Assembly (NCBI GenBank): GCA_963714665.1
Contig: CAVQPE010000008.1
Coordinates: forward strand, 776,848 to 840,847
Source: an uncultured Solirubrobacterales bacterium
Lineage (GTDB): Bacteria > Actinomycetota > Thermoleophilia > Solirubrobacterales > 70-9
Direction of reading: 5' to 3'
Length of the DNA stretch: 64,000 nt
The notes beneath the pieces were generated by a model. The model was given only the letters and a program-made list of their open reading frames with translations. It ran no database searches and was not told the DNA's origin. Shown piece after piece: positions 17,081 through 28,036 of the stretch (positions are counted from its first letter, which is position 1; each line of letters starts with the position of its first letter). A program made the translations under genes and the position numbers.

Positions 17081-18119
17081 TCACTTGGGGGCCTCCAGGC
17101 CTATCTCGCCCTCGATTACGCGGCGCTCGCGCTTGGTCTCGGGATCCAGCCAGCAGCGGTCTCGGTGCTGGCCCGCCTCGGGAAGGCGCGCATCGAGCAC
17201 CGGCAGCTCGGCGCAGCGGTCGAACTCGTGCGGGCAGCGGGGGCGGAAGGAGCAGCCCGCCGGCAGATCGAGCAGCGAGGGCGGCGAGCCGCCGATCTGG
17301 GGCAGGCGACGGGGGCGCGGCCGGTCGATCCGCGTCAGCGATCCCAGCAGGCCCCAGGTGTAGGGGTGCTGGGGGTCGTAGAAGATCTCGTCGAGCGTCC
17401 CCTGCTCGACCACTCGCCCCGCGTACATCACCAGCACCCGGTCGGCGGCCTCGGCGACGACGCCGAGGTCGTGGGTGATCAGGATCGTCGCCAGTCCGCG
17501 CTCGCGGTTGAGCGTCGCGATCAGGCTCAGGATCTGGGCCTGGACGGTGACGTCGAGCGCGGTCGTCGGCTCGTCGGCGATCAGCACCTCGGGATCGAGC
17601 GCCAGCGCCATCGCGATCATCGCCCGCTGCCGCATCCCGCCCGAGAACTCGTGCGGGTAGGCGTCGACCCGCCGCTCGGGGTTGGGGATGCCGACCGAGT
17701 CGAGCAGCTCGACCGCCCGCCGGTGCGCCTCGCCCTTGTCGACCCCCGGCCGGTGGGCGCGGATCGCCTCGACGATCTGGGCGCCGACCCGGTAGACCGG
17801 GTTGAAGGAGGTCATCGGGTCCTGGAAGACCATCCCGATCCGCTCGCCGCGGACCCGGCGCAGATCGGCGTCGCTCGCCCCGATCAGCTCCGTCTCGCCC
17901 AGCCGCGCCGAGCCCTCGATCCGTCGCGTTCGGCGAGCGGGTGAGGCCGATGATCGTCTGCGCGGTGACGCTCTTGCCCGAGCCCGACTCGCCGACGATC
18001 GCCAGCACCTCGCCCGGGGCGAGGTCGAAGGAGACGCCGTCGACGGCCTGCAGCGGCCCGTCTTCGGTGGCGAAGCCGACCCGCAGGTCGCGCACGCTGA
18101 GCAGTGCTCCCCTGCTCAT
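17081..18119 (-). pseudogene. Peptide ABC transporter ATP-binding protein (OppD/DppD-like), frame break near 17930
   Basis: The N-terminus [16 protein letters not shown]...[19 protein letters not shown] is in one frame. [12 protein letters not shown]...[36 protein letters not shown]...[12 protein letters not shown] is in ORF 17081-17833. Confidence 0.8.
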
Positions 18120-19082
18120 TGCGCCGAGCTCCCCAGCTCGACCCGCGGGTCGAGGTAGGCGTAGGCGATGTCGACCAGCGCGTTGAAGAGGACGACGAAG
18201 AAGGCGCCGAACAGGGTGATCGCCATGATCGGCGGCAGGTCGAGGTTTTCGATCGATTCGACGGCGTAGTACCCGACCCCGTGGAGGCTGAAGATCTTTT
18301 CGGTGAGGATCGCGCCGCCGCCGAGCAGGGCGCCGAAGTCGAGCCCGAAGAGGGTGACGATCGGGATCAGCGAGTTGCGCAGGACATGGCGCGTCATCAC
18401 CTGCCGCTCGCTCAGCCCCTTGGCGCGCGCGGTGCGCACGTAGTCCTCGTCCATCGCGTCGAGCATGTTGGAGCGCAGCACCCGGCTGTAGAAGCCGACG
18501 TAGAGTCACCGCCAGCGGTGATCCAGGGCAGGATCAGGTGGTAGGCCCATTCGACCGGGTCTTCGGTCAGCTTCACGTAGCCGCTGGGCGGGGAAGAGTT
18601 CGGTCTTGTAGGTGAGGTAGTCGAGGAAGACCGCGGCAAGCCAGAAGATCGGGACCGAGATGCCGACGACGGCGAGGATCGTCAGCGACTGGTCGAGCAG
18701 GCCGCCGGCGCGGATCGCGGAGAGGTAGCCGAAGAGCATGCCGAAGAACATCCAGATCACGGCGGCGCCGACGCAGAGCGAGAGGGTCGCGGGGATCCCT
18801 TCGAGGATCCGCTCGTCGACGTTTTCCTGTCCCTGGTAGGAGATCACGTCGCCGGTGAAGATCTTCCCCATCATCGTCCAGGTACTGCTGCGGCAGGGAT
18901 TCGTCGAAGCCCCATTCCTCGCTGATGTTCTGCGACCAGCTGCGGGCTGGCGCCTCTTGCCGGCCATCGCTTCGGCGGGGTCGGGTTCGGGATCACGTTG
19001 AAGATCGAGGAAGGTGAGCACCGAGACCGCGAAGAGCACGGCGACCATCCGAGCCCAGGCGCCTGACCGCGAAGGCGGCCAT
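18116..19082 (-). pseudogene. Peptide ABC transporter permease (OppB/DppB-like), several frame breaks
   Basis: The fragments FAVRRL, MVAVLFAVSVLTFL, IFNVIPNP, GIPATLSLCVGAAVIWMFFGMLFGYLSAIRAGG and [33 protein letters not shown]...[10 protein letters not shown] are collinear but lie in three frames. Confidence 0.7.
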
Positions 19083-20127
19083 CAGACGGGCGGTGCCCTC
19101 CGGCTCGGCGATGCCGGCGTGCGCCTCCAGCAGCACCTTGGAGTTCGGGTCGAGCGCGTCGCGCAGCCCGTCGCCGAAGACGTTCACGCGAGAGCACCGT
19201 GAGGAAGATCATCGTCCCCGGCAGGATCGTCAGCAGCGGCGCGCTGTTGATCAGCTCGAAGCCTTCGCCGACCATCAAGCCCCAGGAGGTGTCGGGCGGC
19301 TGTACGCCGACGCCGAGGAAGGAGAGCGCCGCCTCGAACAGCATCGCGTTGGCGATGCCGAGGGTGAAGAAGACGATGATCGTCGAGGAGAGGTTGGGCA
19401 GCAGCTCACCGAACATCACCCGCAGCGGGCCGGCCCCCTCGGCGACCGCGGCCTCGACGAACTCCTTCTCGCGCAGCGAGAGCACCTCGCCGCGCAGCGG
19501 CCGCGCCATGTAGGGGACGAGGACGCCGCCGATGATCAGGATCGGGATCCAGATCGAGCCGCTGGGGATCGCGACCGGGCCGATCTTCAGCCCGCCCAGC
19601 GCCAGGACGATGCCGAGCGCGATCCCGAGCAGCAGCACCGGGAAGGCCCAGATCGTGTCCAGGACCCGCGAGATCAGGCCGTCGACCCAGCCGCGGTAGT
19701 AGCCGGCGAGCAGGGCCAGTACGGTCGCCAGCAGGGTGGTGAGCAGGGTCGCGCAGAAGCCGATGAAGAGCGAGGCGCGCCCCCCGTACATCAGCCGCAC
19801 CATCTCGTCGCGGCCAAGGCGGCCGTCGGCTCCGAGGAAGAACTTGCCGCCGGCGCCGAGCCAGACCGGGCCGATCGGCCTGCCTTCGACGTCGACCACT
19901 TCGCGCTTCTGGCCGTCGACTTCGATCTTCTCCAGCGTGTGACCGCGGTTCGGACCGGTTTCGGCGACCTGCTCGGCCCAGAGCGGCGCCGCGAGGACGA
20001 AGGCGACGATCAGGATCAGGAGGGTGCCGAAGGCGAGCGCCACCCGGTTGCGGCGCAGTCGCCGGAGCGCCAGCCGCCACGGGCTTGCGCCCGCGAGGCC
20101 GGACTCGGCGTTGGGCTCGTAGGCCAC
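19083..20127 (-). pseudogene. Peptide ABC transporter permease (OppC/DppC-like), frame break near 19200
   Basis: LGADGRLGRDEMVRLMYGGRASLFIGF...LLAGYYRGWVDGLISRVLDTIWAFP...REKEFVEAAVAEGAGPLRVMFGELLPN is followed in another frame by NVFGDGLRDALDP. No in-frame stop was seen before the next permease start. Confidence 0.7.
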
Positions 20128-20155
20128 CCCCGTAGTGTGAAGCAGGGCCTGGCGG

Positions 20156-21790
20156 CTACTTGAGCTGGAAGCTGGTCAGGTCTTGCCCGAAGGTCGGGTT
20201 GAAGATCACCTTGCCGAGGTCGATTTCGCTGTCGACGAAGGTGGAGACGGTGTTGGTCCCGTAGGGGGCGAAGGGAGCCAGTTCCATGTATTCCCTGTCG
20301 AGCTCGGCGTATTCGGCTTCCTGTTTGGGCCCGAGCTGTTCCTGCCCGAGCCTGGCGATCTTCTCGTTCAGCTTCGGCACGTCGATCTGGGCGAAGTTCG
20401 TGTTGTAGATCGGCGCGATGCTTTCCCCGGACAGCAGCGGCTGGAAGAAGTCGTTCGGGTTCGGGTAGTCCTGGTACCAGTCGAACCAGCCCGTGTCGAG
20501 GTCGGGCGTGCGCTTGCTGCCGATCACCGGAGGGAAGTAGCAGTGGATTTGATCACCTTCAGCGTCGTGTCGAAGCCGAGTTCTTCGAGCACGCCGTTGT
20601 AGTAGGCGCCGGCTTCCTTGTTGGCGTCTTCGTCGTCGGTCCAGACCGTGATCTTGCGGTCCGACGGGTTGGCTTCGGCGATCAGTTCCTTTGCCTTGGC
20701 CATGTTGTGCGGGTAGAGGTCGAACGCTTCGTGCCCGGGCATTCCTGCGGGCAGGATCTGGTGCGCAGCGGTGAGCGAGCCGGCGTAGATCCGTTCCAGG
20801 GCCCTGCTGTCGACCGCGTAGTTGACCGCCTGGCGCACCTTGAGGTCGTCGAAGGGCGTCTTGCTCGTGTTCATCCAGAAGAAGTAGAGGCTGATCGGGT
20901 GCTCGACCCGGAACTGGGTGCCTTCGTATTTGTCCTTGATTTCGCGATAGGAGTCGGCCGGTGGCGGCGTCTGCATCCACTGCGTCTTGCCCTGTTCGAT
21001 TTCGTTGACCTGGGTCGAGCTGTTGCTGACGACGCTGATCTTGATCTTGTCGAAGTGGCCGTCGGGCACCTCGGAGACCAGTTCGCTGTTGCTTCGCGCC
21101 CAAGCGGGTTGCGGGCGTAGGACCAGGCACGGCCCGGTTCGACCTTGGTGATCATGTAGGGGCCGGTGGCCGGGGGCGGGTCGGCGGTGAGGTTCTTGGC
21201 CGGGGTGCCGGCCGGCAGCCGGCGGCGAACAGCATGCCCAGCTCGTTGGCGAAGGTACCGCGTGGCTTGACCAGTTCGATCATGATCTTGCCGGTCTTGT
21301 CGTCGGTCTTGATCCCCGGGATGCCGCCGCTCTTGGTCTTGGCGAACTCTTCGGCGCCGACGATGCTTTCGTAGAAGGGCGTGCCGGGGGAGTTGAGCTT
21401 GAAGAGGCGTTCGATCGAGTACTTGAAGTCGGAGGCCTTGACCGGCGTGCCGTCGGAATATTTGAGGCCCTTGTGCAGTGGTCAGCGTGTAGGTCTTGCC
21501 GCCGTTGGTGATCTTGGGCATGCTCTCGGCCAGCGCCGGCACTACTTCGTTGCCATCGGTGCCGTTGGCGTGGGCGTAGGTGAGCAGCGGCAGGTAGGTG
21601 TCGTACATCGCCGTCCAGCCTTCGGCCGTGTAGGAGAGCCCCGGGTCCAGGTAGTCGGGGAAGGACGCGTAGCTTCCCGTCAGCGTCCCGCCTTCTTTGC
21701 CACTCGATCCGCCCCCGCATGCGGCCAGGCCGAGGGCCGAGCACAACCGCGAGGCCGAGCACCAGCAGCAATCAGACCAAGCTTCCTCAA
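20156..21790 (-). pseudogene. ABC transporter substrate-binding lipoprotein, family 5 (peptide/nickel type), several frame breaks
   Basis: A TTG start follows GGAGG. The lipobox-like LGLAACGGGSSGKEGGT and fragments such as DPGLSYTAEGWTAMYDTYLPLLTY, EHPISLYFFWMNTSKTPFDDLKVRQAVNYAVD and PNPNDFFQPLL are spread over three frames. Confidence 0.7.
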
Positions 21791-21915
21791 GTCACGACCT
21801 CCGAGTTGGATCGGGCAGGTGCGACTGCTCGCCCACTGGAATCAACTCCACCATAATCTCCGCTGCGGCGTCAAGCCCTGTTGAGCCCTCTGTTTCCCTG
21901 CGCTCGGGCCAATTC

Positions 21916-23114
21916 CTACCCAGCAGCGACGGCGGCGACGGCGACCGTCGCGAGAACGCCGAGGCCGGCGACGAGGAAGGTCGCCCGCGGGCTTGCGGCG
22001 GTGGCGATCAGGCCGCCGAGCAGGAAGCCGACGGCCGGCATCGCCGCCCCGATCGACTCGAGGACGCTCATCACCCGCGCCTGCATGCTCGGCGACGGTG
22101 CAGCTCCTGCACGGCGCTGATCGTCGCTCACCCACTGCACGCCGTTGCCGGCGCCGCCGATCGCGGCCGCCGCACAGGCGAGCGGCCAGGGTCGGCGCCG
22201 CGGCCATCCCGAGGTAGCCGGCGCCGACCGTCGAGCGTGCTGAAGAAGAGCAGGACCGGCAGCGGCGCCCGCCGCATCGTGGCGAAGACGACGCTGCCGA
22301 GGACCATGCCGGCGCCCCAGCTCGCCAGCAGCAGCCCGTACCCGAAGTCGCCGGCGCCGAGCGTCTCCTTCGCGTAGACGACCTCGACCGGGATCACCGC
22401 GGCGAAGAAGACGAAGGCGGCGCCCTGGGCGATCAGGAGCTTGCGGAGCGTCGGCTGCTCGCGGATGTAGGCGAGCCCGGCGCGGACGCGCTCGCGCAGG
22501 CGGCCCGGATCGGGCTCGGCCTGGGGCAGCGGTCCCGCCGTGAGCAGGATCCAGGCGATCGGCGTAGAAGGAGACGGCGTCGAGCAGCAGCGCGGACTGG
22601 ACGCCGAAGCCGGCGACCACCAGCCCGGCGACGGCCGGGCCGACGGCGGCGCCGCCGGTGAAGGCGACGTTGAGGATCGCGTTGCCGGCGCGCAGCTCGC
22701 CGGCCGGGCTCGAGCATGGCGGCCACGACCGCCCGGGTCAGCGCCCGCCCGGTCAGCGCCAGGGCCCCGTCGATCGCCGCCAGCGCGACCACGCCGGCCA
22801 GCGAGAAGTCCTTGCCGGCCAGCAGCGCGAGGGCGGCGAAGGCCGCCGCCTCGCCGCAGTAGATGACCGGCAGGGCGAAGCGCGGCGGCGGCCGCTCGAC
22901 CCGCGCGACGAGGACCGGCGCGAGCAGGGCCGGGAGGAAGCCGGGTGCCGAGGAAGAGCGCCGCCGTCGCCAGGGCGCTTCCGGTGCGGTCGAAGACGAG
23001 CACCGAGAGGGCGACGATCCCCATCCAGTCGCCCAGCTCGTTGACCGCGTAGGTCGTCGCCAGGCGGCGAAATGGCGGCCTGTTCAGGGGGTCGGTCAGG
23101 CGTGGATTACGCAT
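21916..23114 (-). pseudogene. MFS transporter, several frame breaks
   Basis: PFRRLATTYAVNELGDWMGIVALSVLVFDRTGSALATAALFLG and later hydrophobic segments (LLIAQGAAFVFFAAVIPVEVVYAKETLG..., MSVLESIGAAMPAVGFLLGGLIATA) are collinear but lie in different frames. Confidence 0.65.
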
Positions 23115-23142
23115 TGTTGGCCGCTGCGTACTACTGCATTTC

Positions 23143-23175
23143 TGCACAAGTTTTCCTGCAGATGCACAAGTTTTC
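23143..23175. promoter_or_regulatory. Two exact 13-bp direct repeats TGCACAAGTTTTC spaced 20 bp apart, 30-60 bp upstream of the MFS gene
   Basis: The copies lie at 23143-23155 and 23163-23175. Confidence 0.35.
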
Positions 23176-23582
23176 GCCAAGCTGTGCTACAAACGTTCAC
23201 AGGCAATTGACGAGTTTCAGATCGCGGTGCGCAATCTGAGGGCTTCGACTCAAAGGAGGCAGAAAGCACAATGGTCTGGCGCCACTAGATCTTTCAGAGC
23301 TGAACGCTTCGGCGTCGTCCCAGTCTTTGCGAGGGCGTCCCTCGTGGGGCGCCCTTTCGTCGTTTCGAGGGCACTCGCCCGGCCCTGCTCCCGCCAGGTG
23401 CAAGGCTTGGCCGAATGTCCGTCAAACGGCTCGTTGCCGCTTGAAACGGCCGTCTACCGTGCGGGTAGCTTCAAGCGGCTGCGTAGCATTCGAATCTAGC
23501 CCTCGAGCCAGGAGAGGGAACCGCGCCCGATCGCGGAATCTCCTGTCAGGACCGAGGGCAGAAGTGCAGGCCGTCCCAGACC

Positions 23583-24993
23583 ATGGATAGCAACGTCCCA
23601 CCAGACGCAGCAATCATCCGCACAGTTCGGCGCGCTCGTCGTTGTCATCGCGGCCGCCGTCTTGAGGCTGCCGACACGCCGACTGGGACCTGGCGCTGTT
23701 CGGCGTCCTGCTCGCCTTCTCGGTCTTCAGCGACCTGACGGCGATCACGACGAATCGAAGCTGAAGATCTCCGGCAGCTTCCTGCCGCTGGTCCTCGCGA
23801 TGGTCTTCCTCGGCGGCACGCCCGGCCGCGCTGATCGGCGTGCTCACGATCCTCGCCGGCTGGCTCCGCTTGCGCGAAAGCCTGCACGACCTGCTCAACA
23901 ACGTCGCTGACCTTCGTGACCTTCCCGCTGGTCGTCGGGCCTCGCCTTCCACGGACGACGACCGGCGGCCGGCGATCACCCAGTCCGACCCCGCCTTCTA
24001 CGTGCTCGTCTTCGGCGACTTCATGCTCGCCCTGGCGATCAACTTCACGATGATCGCCGCCTACTCCTGCTACCTCGATCGCAGCTCCTTCATCGAGAAG
24101 GTCCGCACCGTCCTCATCCCGGTGCTGCCCTCCGAGCTCGCGGCGGCGCTGATGGCCGTCGGCGTCGCCTTCATCTACTGCACGATCGGCCTGGCCGGCG
24201 TCGCCCTCTTCGGCATCGTCCTGGTCACCTTCCAGTACCTGCTCGGCGCCCTGCTGCATCTCCCAGGAGCGGGCCGAGGAGCTCGAGCGTGCGCAGCAAG
24301 CAGCTGGCCAGCTTCCAGGTCGGGATGTTGAGCGCGCTGCTGCGCACGCTCGACCTGCGGGACCAGATGACCGCCCGCCACTCCGCCGCGGTCGCCCGCT
24401 ACTCGCGGGCGATCGCCCAGCGCGCCGGCTACTCGCGCCAGGAGGAGGAGCTCGTCCACATCGCCGCCCTGCTGCACGACATCGGCAAGTTCATCCTTCC
24501 CGACCGCATCCTCAAGGCCAACGTGCCGCTCACCGACGAGGACTGGATGCTGATCAAGCCGCCACCCCCAGCAGGGCGCCCGGGTCGTCTCCTCGCTCGA
24601 CGGCTACGGCCCGGTGGCGGAGATCATCCTCGCCCACCACGAGCGGATCGACGGCAAGGGCTATCCGCGCGGCCTCGACGGCGACGACATCCCCGAGCTG
24701 GCCCGGATCATCTCCGTCGCCGACACCTACGACGTGATGACGGCGCGCGACTCCTACCGCACGCCGATGTCCACGCTACGACGCGATCGCGGAGCTGCGC
24801 CGGGTCGCCGGCAAACAGCTCGACGCCGCGCTTCGTCGAGGTCTTCATCGAGCTGCTCGAGGGCAAGGACGTCTCCTTCCAGCACGGCGAGGCGGCCGAC
24901 TTCGAGAAGGAGCTGGCGCTCGAGGCGCGGATCGCCGAGACCGCCAGCCCCGGCAACGCCGGCCGCTTCGGCACCAGCGTCAGCGTCGGCTAG
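23583..24993 (+). pseudogene. HD-GYP domain protein with N-terminal multi-TM domain (c-di-GMP phosphodiesterase-type), several frame breaks
   Basis: TARHSAAVARYSRAIAQRAGYSRQEEELVHIAALLHDIGKF carries the HD motif, in ORF 24289-24993. AEIILAHHERIDGKGYPRGL carries HHE...GYP, in ORF 24614-25024. Hydrophobic N-terminal segments are in ORF 23840-24331 and upstream frames. Confidence 0.75.
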
Positions 24994-24999
24994 ACGCCC

Positions 25000-25041
25000 G
25001 CCGACGCCGACGTCAGGCACCTGACGTATCGGCCCGTCGGC
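25000..25041. repeat. Degenerate copy of the 49-bp palindrome family
   Basis: The right arm TGACGTATCGGCCCGTCGGC is exact. The left arm GCCGACGCCGACGTCAGGCACC has decayed. Confidence 0.7.
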
Positions 25042-25064
25042 CGGGACGATACGGTTCGCGCGCT

Positions 25065-26103
25065 ATGCGCGCCGTCACCTTTCAGGCTCCCGGGGAGGTT
25101 CGGGTCGAGGAGAAGCCCGATCCCGAGATGGGCGCCGCCGACGATGCGCTGGTCCGGGTCGAGGCGAGTGGGATCTGCGGCTCCGACCTCCACATCTACC
25201 ACGGCCGGGTGCCGGTCGAGCAGGGCTTCACGATCGGCCACGAGTTCGTCGGCACGGTGCTCGCCGCCGGCGACGACGTCGAGCGGGTCGCGGTCGGCGA
25301 CCGGGTGCTCGGCTGCTTCCACACCGCCTGCGCGACCTGCGCCGCCTGCCTGCGCGGCGACTACCACCGCTGCGAGCGACGGCCAGCACCTTCGGCCACG
25401 GCTCCCACCTCGGCGACCTGCAGGGCGCCCAGGCCGAGCAGCTGCTGGTGCCGCGCGCCAACCTGACCCTGCGCGGGTCCCGGAGGGGATGTCGGACGAG
25501 GTCGGCGCTCTTCGCCGGCGACGTGATGGGGACCGGCTACCACGCCGTCGCCCACGCGGGGATGCGCTCGGGCGACACCGTCGCCGTGCTCGGCCTCGGC
25601 CCGGTCGGCCTCTGCGCGGTGCAGGCGGCGCTCGCCGGCGGCGCGACCCAGGTCTTCGCGATCGACTCGGTCGCGGCAGCGGCTGGAGATGGCGGCCGCG
25701 TTCGGGGCGACGCCGATCCACCTGACCGAGGAGGACCCGAAGCGGGCGGTGCGCGGCGGCGACCGAGGGGCGCGGGGTCGACGTCGTCGTCGACGCGGTC
25801 GGCGACCCGGCGCCGCTGGCGATGGCGATCAGCCTCGCCCGCGACGCCGGCACGGTCTCCGGGATCGGCGCCTACGCCGGCAAGGGCGAGGTGCCGCTCG
25901 GCCTGGCCTGGCTCAAGGGGCTGACCCTGCGCCTCGGCCTCGCCAACGTGATCGCCCACGTCGACCGCGTGCTGGCCCTGATCGAGGCCGGCAAGCTCGA
26001 CCCGGCGCCCCTCGTCACCCACCACATGAAGCTCGACGAAGCGGCCGAGGCCTACGAGATCTACGACCAGCGCGAAGCGCTGAAGATCGTCCTCACTCCC
26101 TAG
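25065..26103 (+). pseudogene. Zinc-dependent alcohol dehydrogenase family oxidoreductase, about 3 frame breaks
   Basis: VRVEASGICGSDLHIYHGRVPVEQGFTIGHEFVGTV, then TVAVLGLGPVGLCAVQAALAGGATQVFAID, then GVDVVVDAVGDPAPLAMAISLARDAGTVSGIGAY...KIVLTP lie in successive frames. Confidence 0.75.
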
Positions 26104-26922
26104 CAGCAGGACTGAGCTCGGGGTTCTTCGCGGCTGGGGCGCCTAACCCGAACTGACTCTGGCGTGCGATGCCTGCGGAACATCTCTTCGACCCAGCGGA
26201 AGCCGCGCCGTTCTTCGAGCGGGGCCGGAATGCCGCCAGCCCGGCCGGCGGCGGTTCGTCGCCGGCAGCGGCCCCTCGTCGGGGAGGACGAGCGGGTAGA
26301 AGAGCGCCGCCGCGGTGAGGTCGGCGACGCTGAAGGAGTCGCCGACCAGGTGCTCGCCGGCGTCGAGCTCGCGCCTCGAGCCGGTCGAGGGCGGCGACGA
26401 TCTTGTCCCGGGCGAGCGCCGCCGCCTCCTCGCTGCGGACGCCGAAGCGCAGCCCGGTGTAGGTGCGGGCGTAGGCGGCGGCGGCGCCGCTGCCGATGCT
26501 GGTCAGCGGGCCCGGCGTCGTGCGCTCCATCAGCGGCTTCGAAGCGCTCGGGATCGTTGCCGCAGCTCGTGGAAGGCGAGCAGGCGCAGGTGCGGCCCCA
26601 GCTCCTCGTCGAAGAAGTCCTCCAGCTCCAGCGCGCGGCGCCGCTGCTCGGGGTCCGCCGGGTAGAGCGGCGGCTCCGGGAAGCGCTCCTCCAGCGCGGC
26701 GATGATCTCGGTCGAGTCGCCGATCCGGCGCCCGTCGATCTCGAGCACCGGGAAGGTCTTGCTGGGTGCCGCGGGTGATCCAGAGCGCGACCGGGATGTG
26801 CAGGCCCGGGACGGCGACGCGCGGCGGCTGTGCTGGACGCCCTTGTGGGCGAGCGCCCAGCGCGCCTTCTCGCTGTAGTGCGAGACGTCGATGTGCCAGA
26901 GGGTGGGGTGGGAGTCGCTCAT
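26100..26922 (-). pseudogene. Glutathione S-transferase family protein, several frame breaks
   Basis: The N-terminus MSDSHPTLWHIDVSHYSEKARWALAHKGV...FPVLEIDGRRIGDSTEIIAALEERFPEPPLYP is a thioredoxin-like GST N-domain. The C-domain fragments are in other frames. Confidence 0.6.
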
Positions 26923-26959
26923 TGCGTCCAGGTGCTCGTGCGTGGCAGCATAGTCCGCG

Positions 26960-27255
26960 ATGGCGCTCCTGAGCGATGCCGAGATCGAGGAGCGGCTCTC
27001 CGGCCTGCCGGGATGGGAGCGGCGCGGGCGACGGCGATCTCGAAGAGCTTCGAGCTGCGGCGACTTCGTCGGCTCGGTGCGCTTCGTCGACGAGCATGGT
27101 CGAGCCGGCGGAGGCGATGGACCACCATCCCGACCTGGAGATCTCCTGGGACACAGGTGACCGTGACGATCTCCACCCACTCCGAGGGCGGCCTCACCGC
27201 GGCCGACTTCGAGCTGGCCGCGGAAGGTCGACGCCCGATATCCCGAACGAGCTGA
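26960..27255 (+). pseudogene. Pterin-4-alpha-carbinolamine dehydratase (PCD/DCoH) family, frame breaks
   Basis: MALLSDAEIEERLSGLPGWERRG, then EPAEAMDHHPDLEISWDT, then VTVTISTHSEGGLTAADFELAA are readable across frames. The DHHPD motif is characteristic. Confidence 0.6.
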
Positions 27256-27654
27256 GAATCGACGACCGGCTCTCGATCCCGCTGGCCGAGGTCGAGCTGC
27301 GGGCGAGCCGCTCCTCCGGTCCGGGCGGCCAGCACGCCAACGTGACCGCCTCGCGGGTGGAAGCGGTCTTCGACGTCGAGGCCTCGCGCGGCGCTGGAGG
27401 AGGCGCAGCGGACGCCTGATCGGCCGGGCGGGCCCGGTCGTCACCGCCGTCGCCCAGGACGCGCGCGGCCAGGCCCGCAACCGCGAACTGGCGCTGCGAG
27501 CGGCTGGCGGAGAAGATCGCCGCCGGGCTGGCGGTGCCGCGGCGGCGCCGGCCGACGAGGCCGACCCGCGCCTCGACGCGAGCGCCGCCTGGAGGAGAAG
27601 CGGCGGGCGGGGGAGCGCAAGCGGACGCGGCGGCGGCCGAGCGGCGATTATTGA
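27240..27654 (+). pseudogene. arfB: Alternative ribosome-rescue factor ArfB / peptidyl-tRNA hydrolase (GGQ protein), frame breaks; start uncertain
   Basis: LSIPLAEVELRASRSSGPGGQHANVTASRVEAVFDV carries the GGQ motif. The basic tail RRRRPTRPTRAS...KRRAGERKRTRRRPSGDY followed by a stop is in another frame. Confidence 0.65.
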
Positions 27655-27657
27655 GCG

Positions 27658-28008
27658 ATGGCGAAGCGCAGGAAGCGGCGCACCGCGGCAGAAGGCGGCG
27701 ACGGTCGACTACGTCGACGCCGACGGGCAACACCCTGGCCCTGCGCGAATCGCTCAGCCGGGGGACGATCGCCAAGATCGGGGAGGGCCCGGCGACGCGC
27801 GGCGACCACCCAGGAGGACGCCTGGCACCGCCGCTCCGAGCTGCTCTTCGAGCGCCTCGCGGTGAGCTGGGAGATCGCCGGCCTGCCGCTCACCGACCAG
27901 AAGATGCTGCTCGGCCGCTACCGGATGGCCGACCCGCTGACCCAGCAGTGGGTGCGTGAGAGGATCGCCGAGCACCTCGAGCGGTATATCCCGGAGCTGT
28001 CCGGGTAG
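27658..28008 (+). CDS. Hypothetical protein (middle third probably mis-framed)
   Basis: This is a continuous 116-aa ORF, but residues about 17-50 are Arg-rich junk. An alternative frame reads DADGNTLALRESLSRGTIAKIGEGPATR. The C-terminal part LLFERLAVSWEIAGLPLTDQKMLLGRYRMADPLTQQWVRERIAEHLERYIPEL looks genuine. Confidence 0.35.
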   Translation: MAKRRKRRTAAEGGDGRLRRRRRATPWPCANRSAGGRSPRSGRARRRAATTQEDAWHRRSELLFERLAVSWEIAGLPLTDQKMLLGRYRMADPLTQQWVRERIAEHLERYIPELSG

Positions 28009-28036
28009 CAAGAGGCAGGAGACGAAAGGAGCCGCG

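Noticed and set aside
19000-19200. A fused OppC-OppB permease polypeptide.
   Set aside because: The lack of a stop between the two permease parts coincides with a region of multiple frame breaks. Sequence error or decay is more likely than a genuine fusion.
23115-23582. A c-di-GMP riboswitch upstream of the HD-GYP gene.
   Set aside because: The idea is attractive functionally. However, I could not find the conserved GEMM-I or GEMM-II sequence blocks by eye, so it is reported only as an unexplained structured leader.
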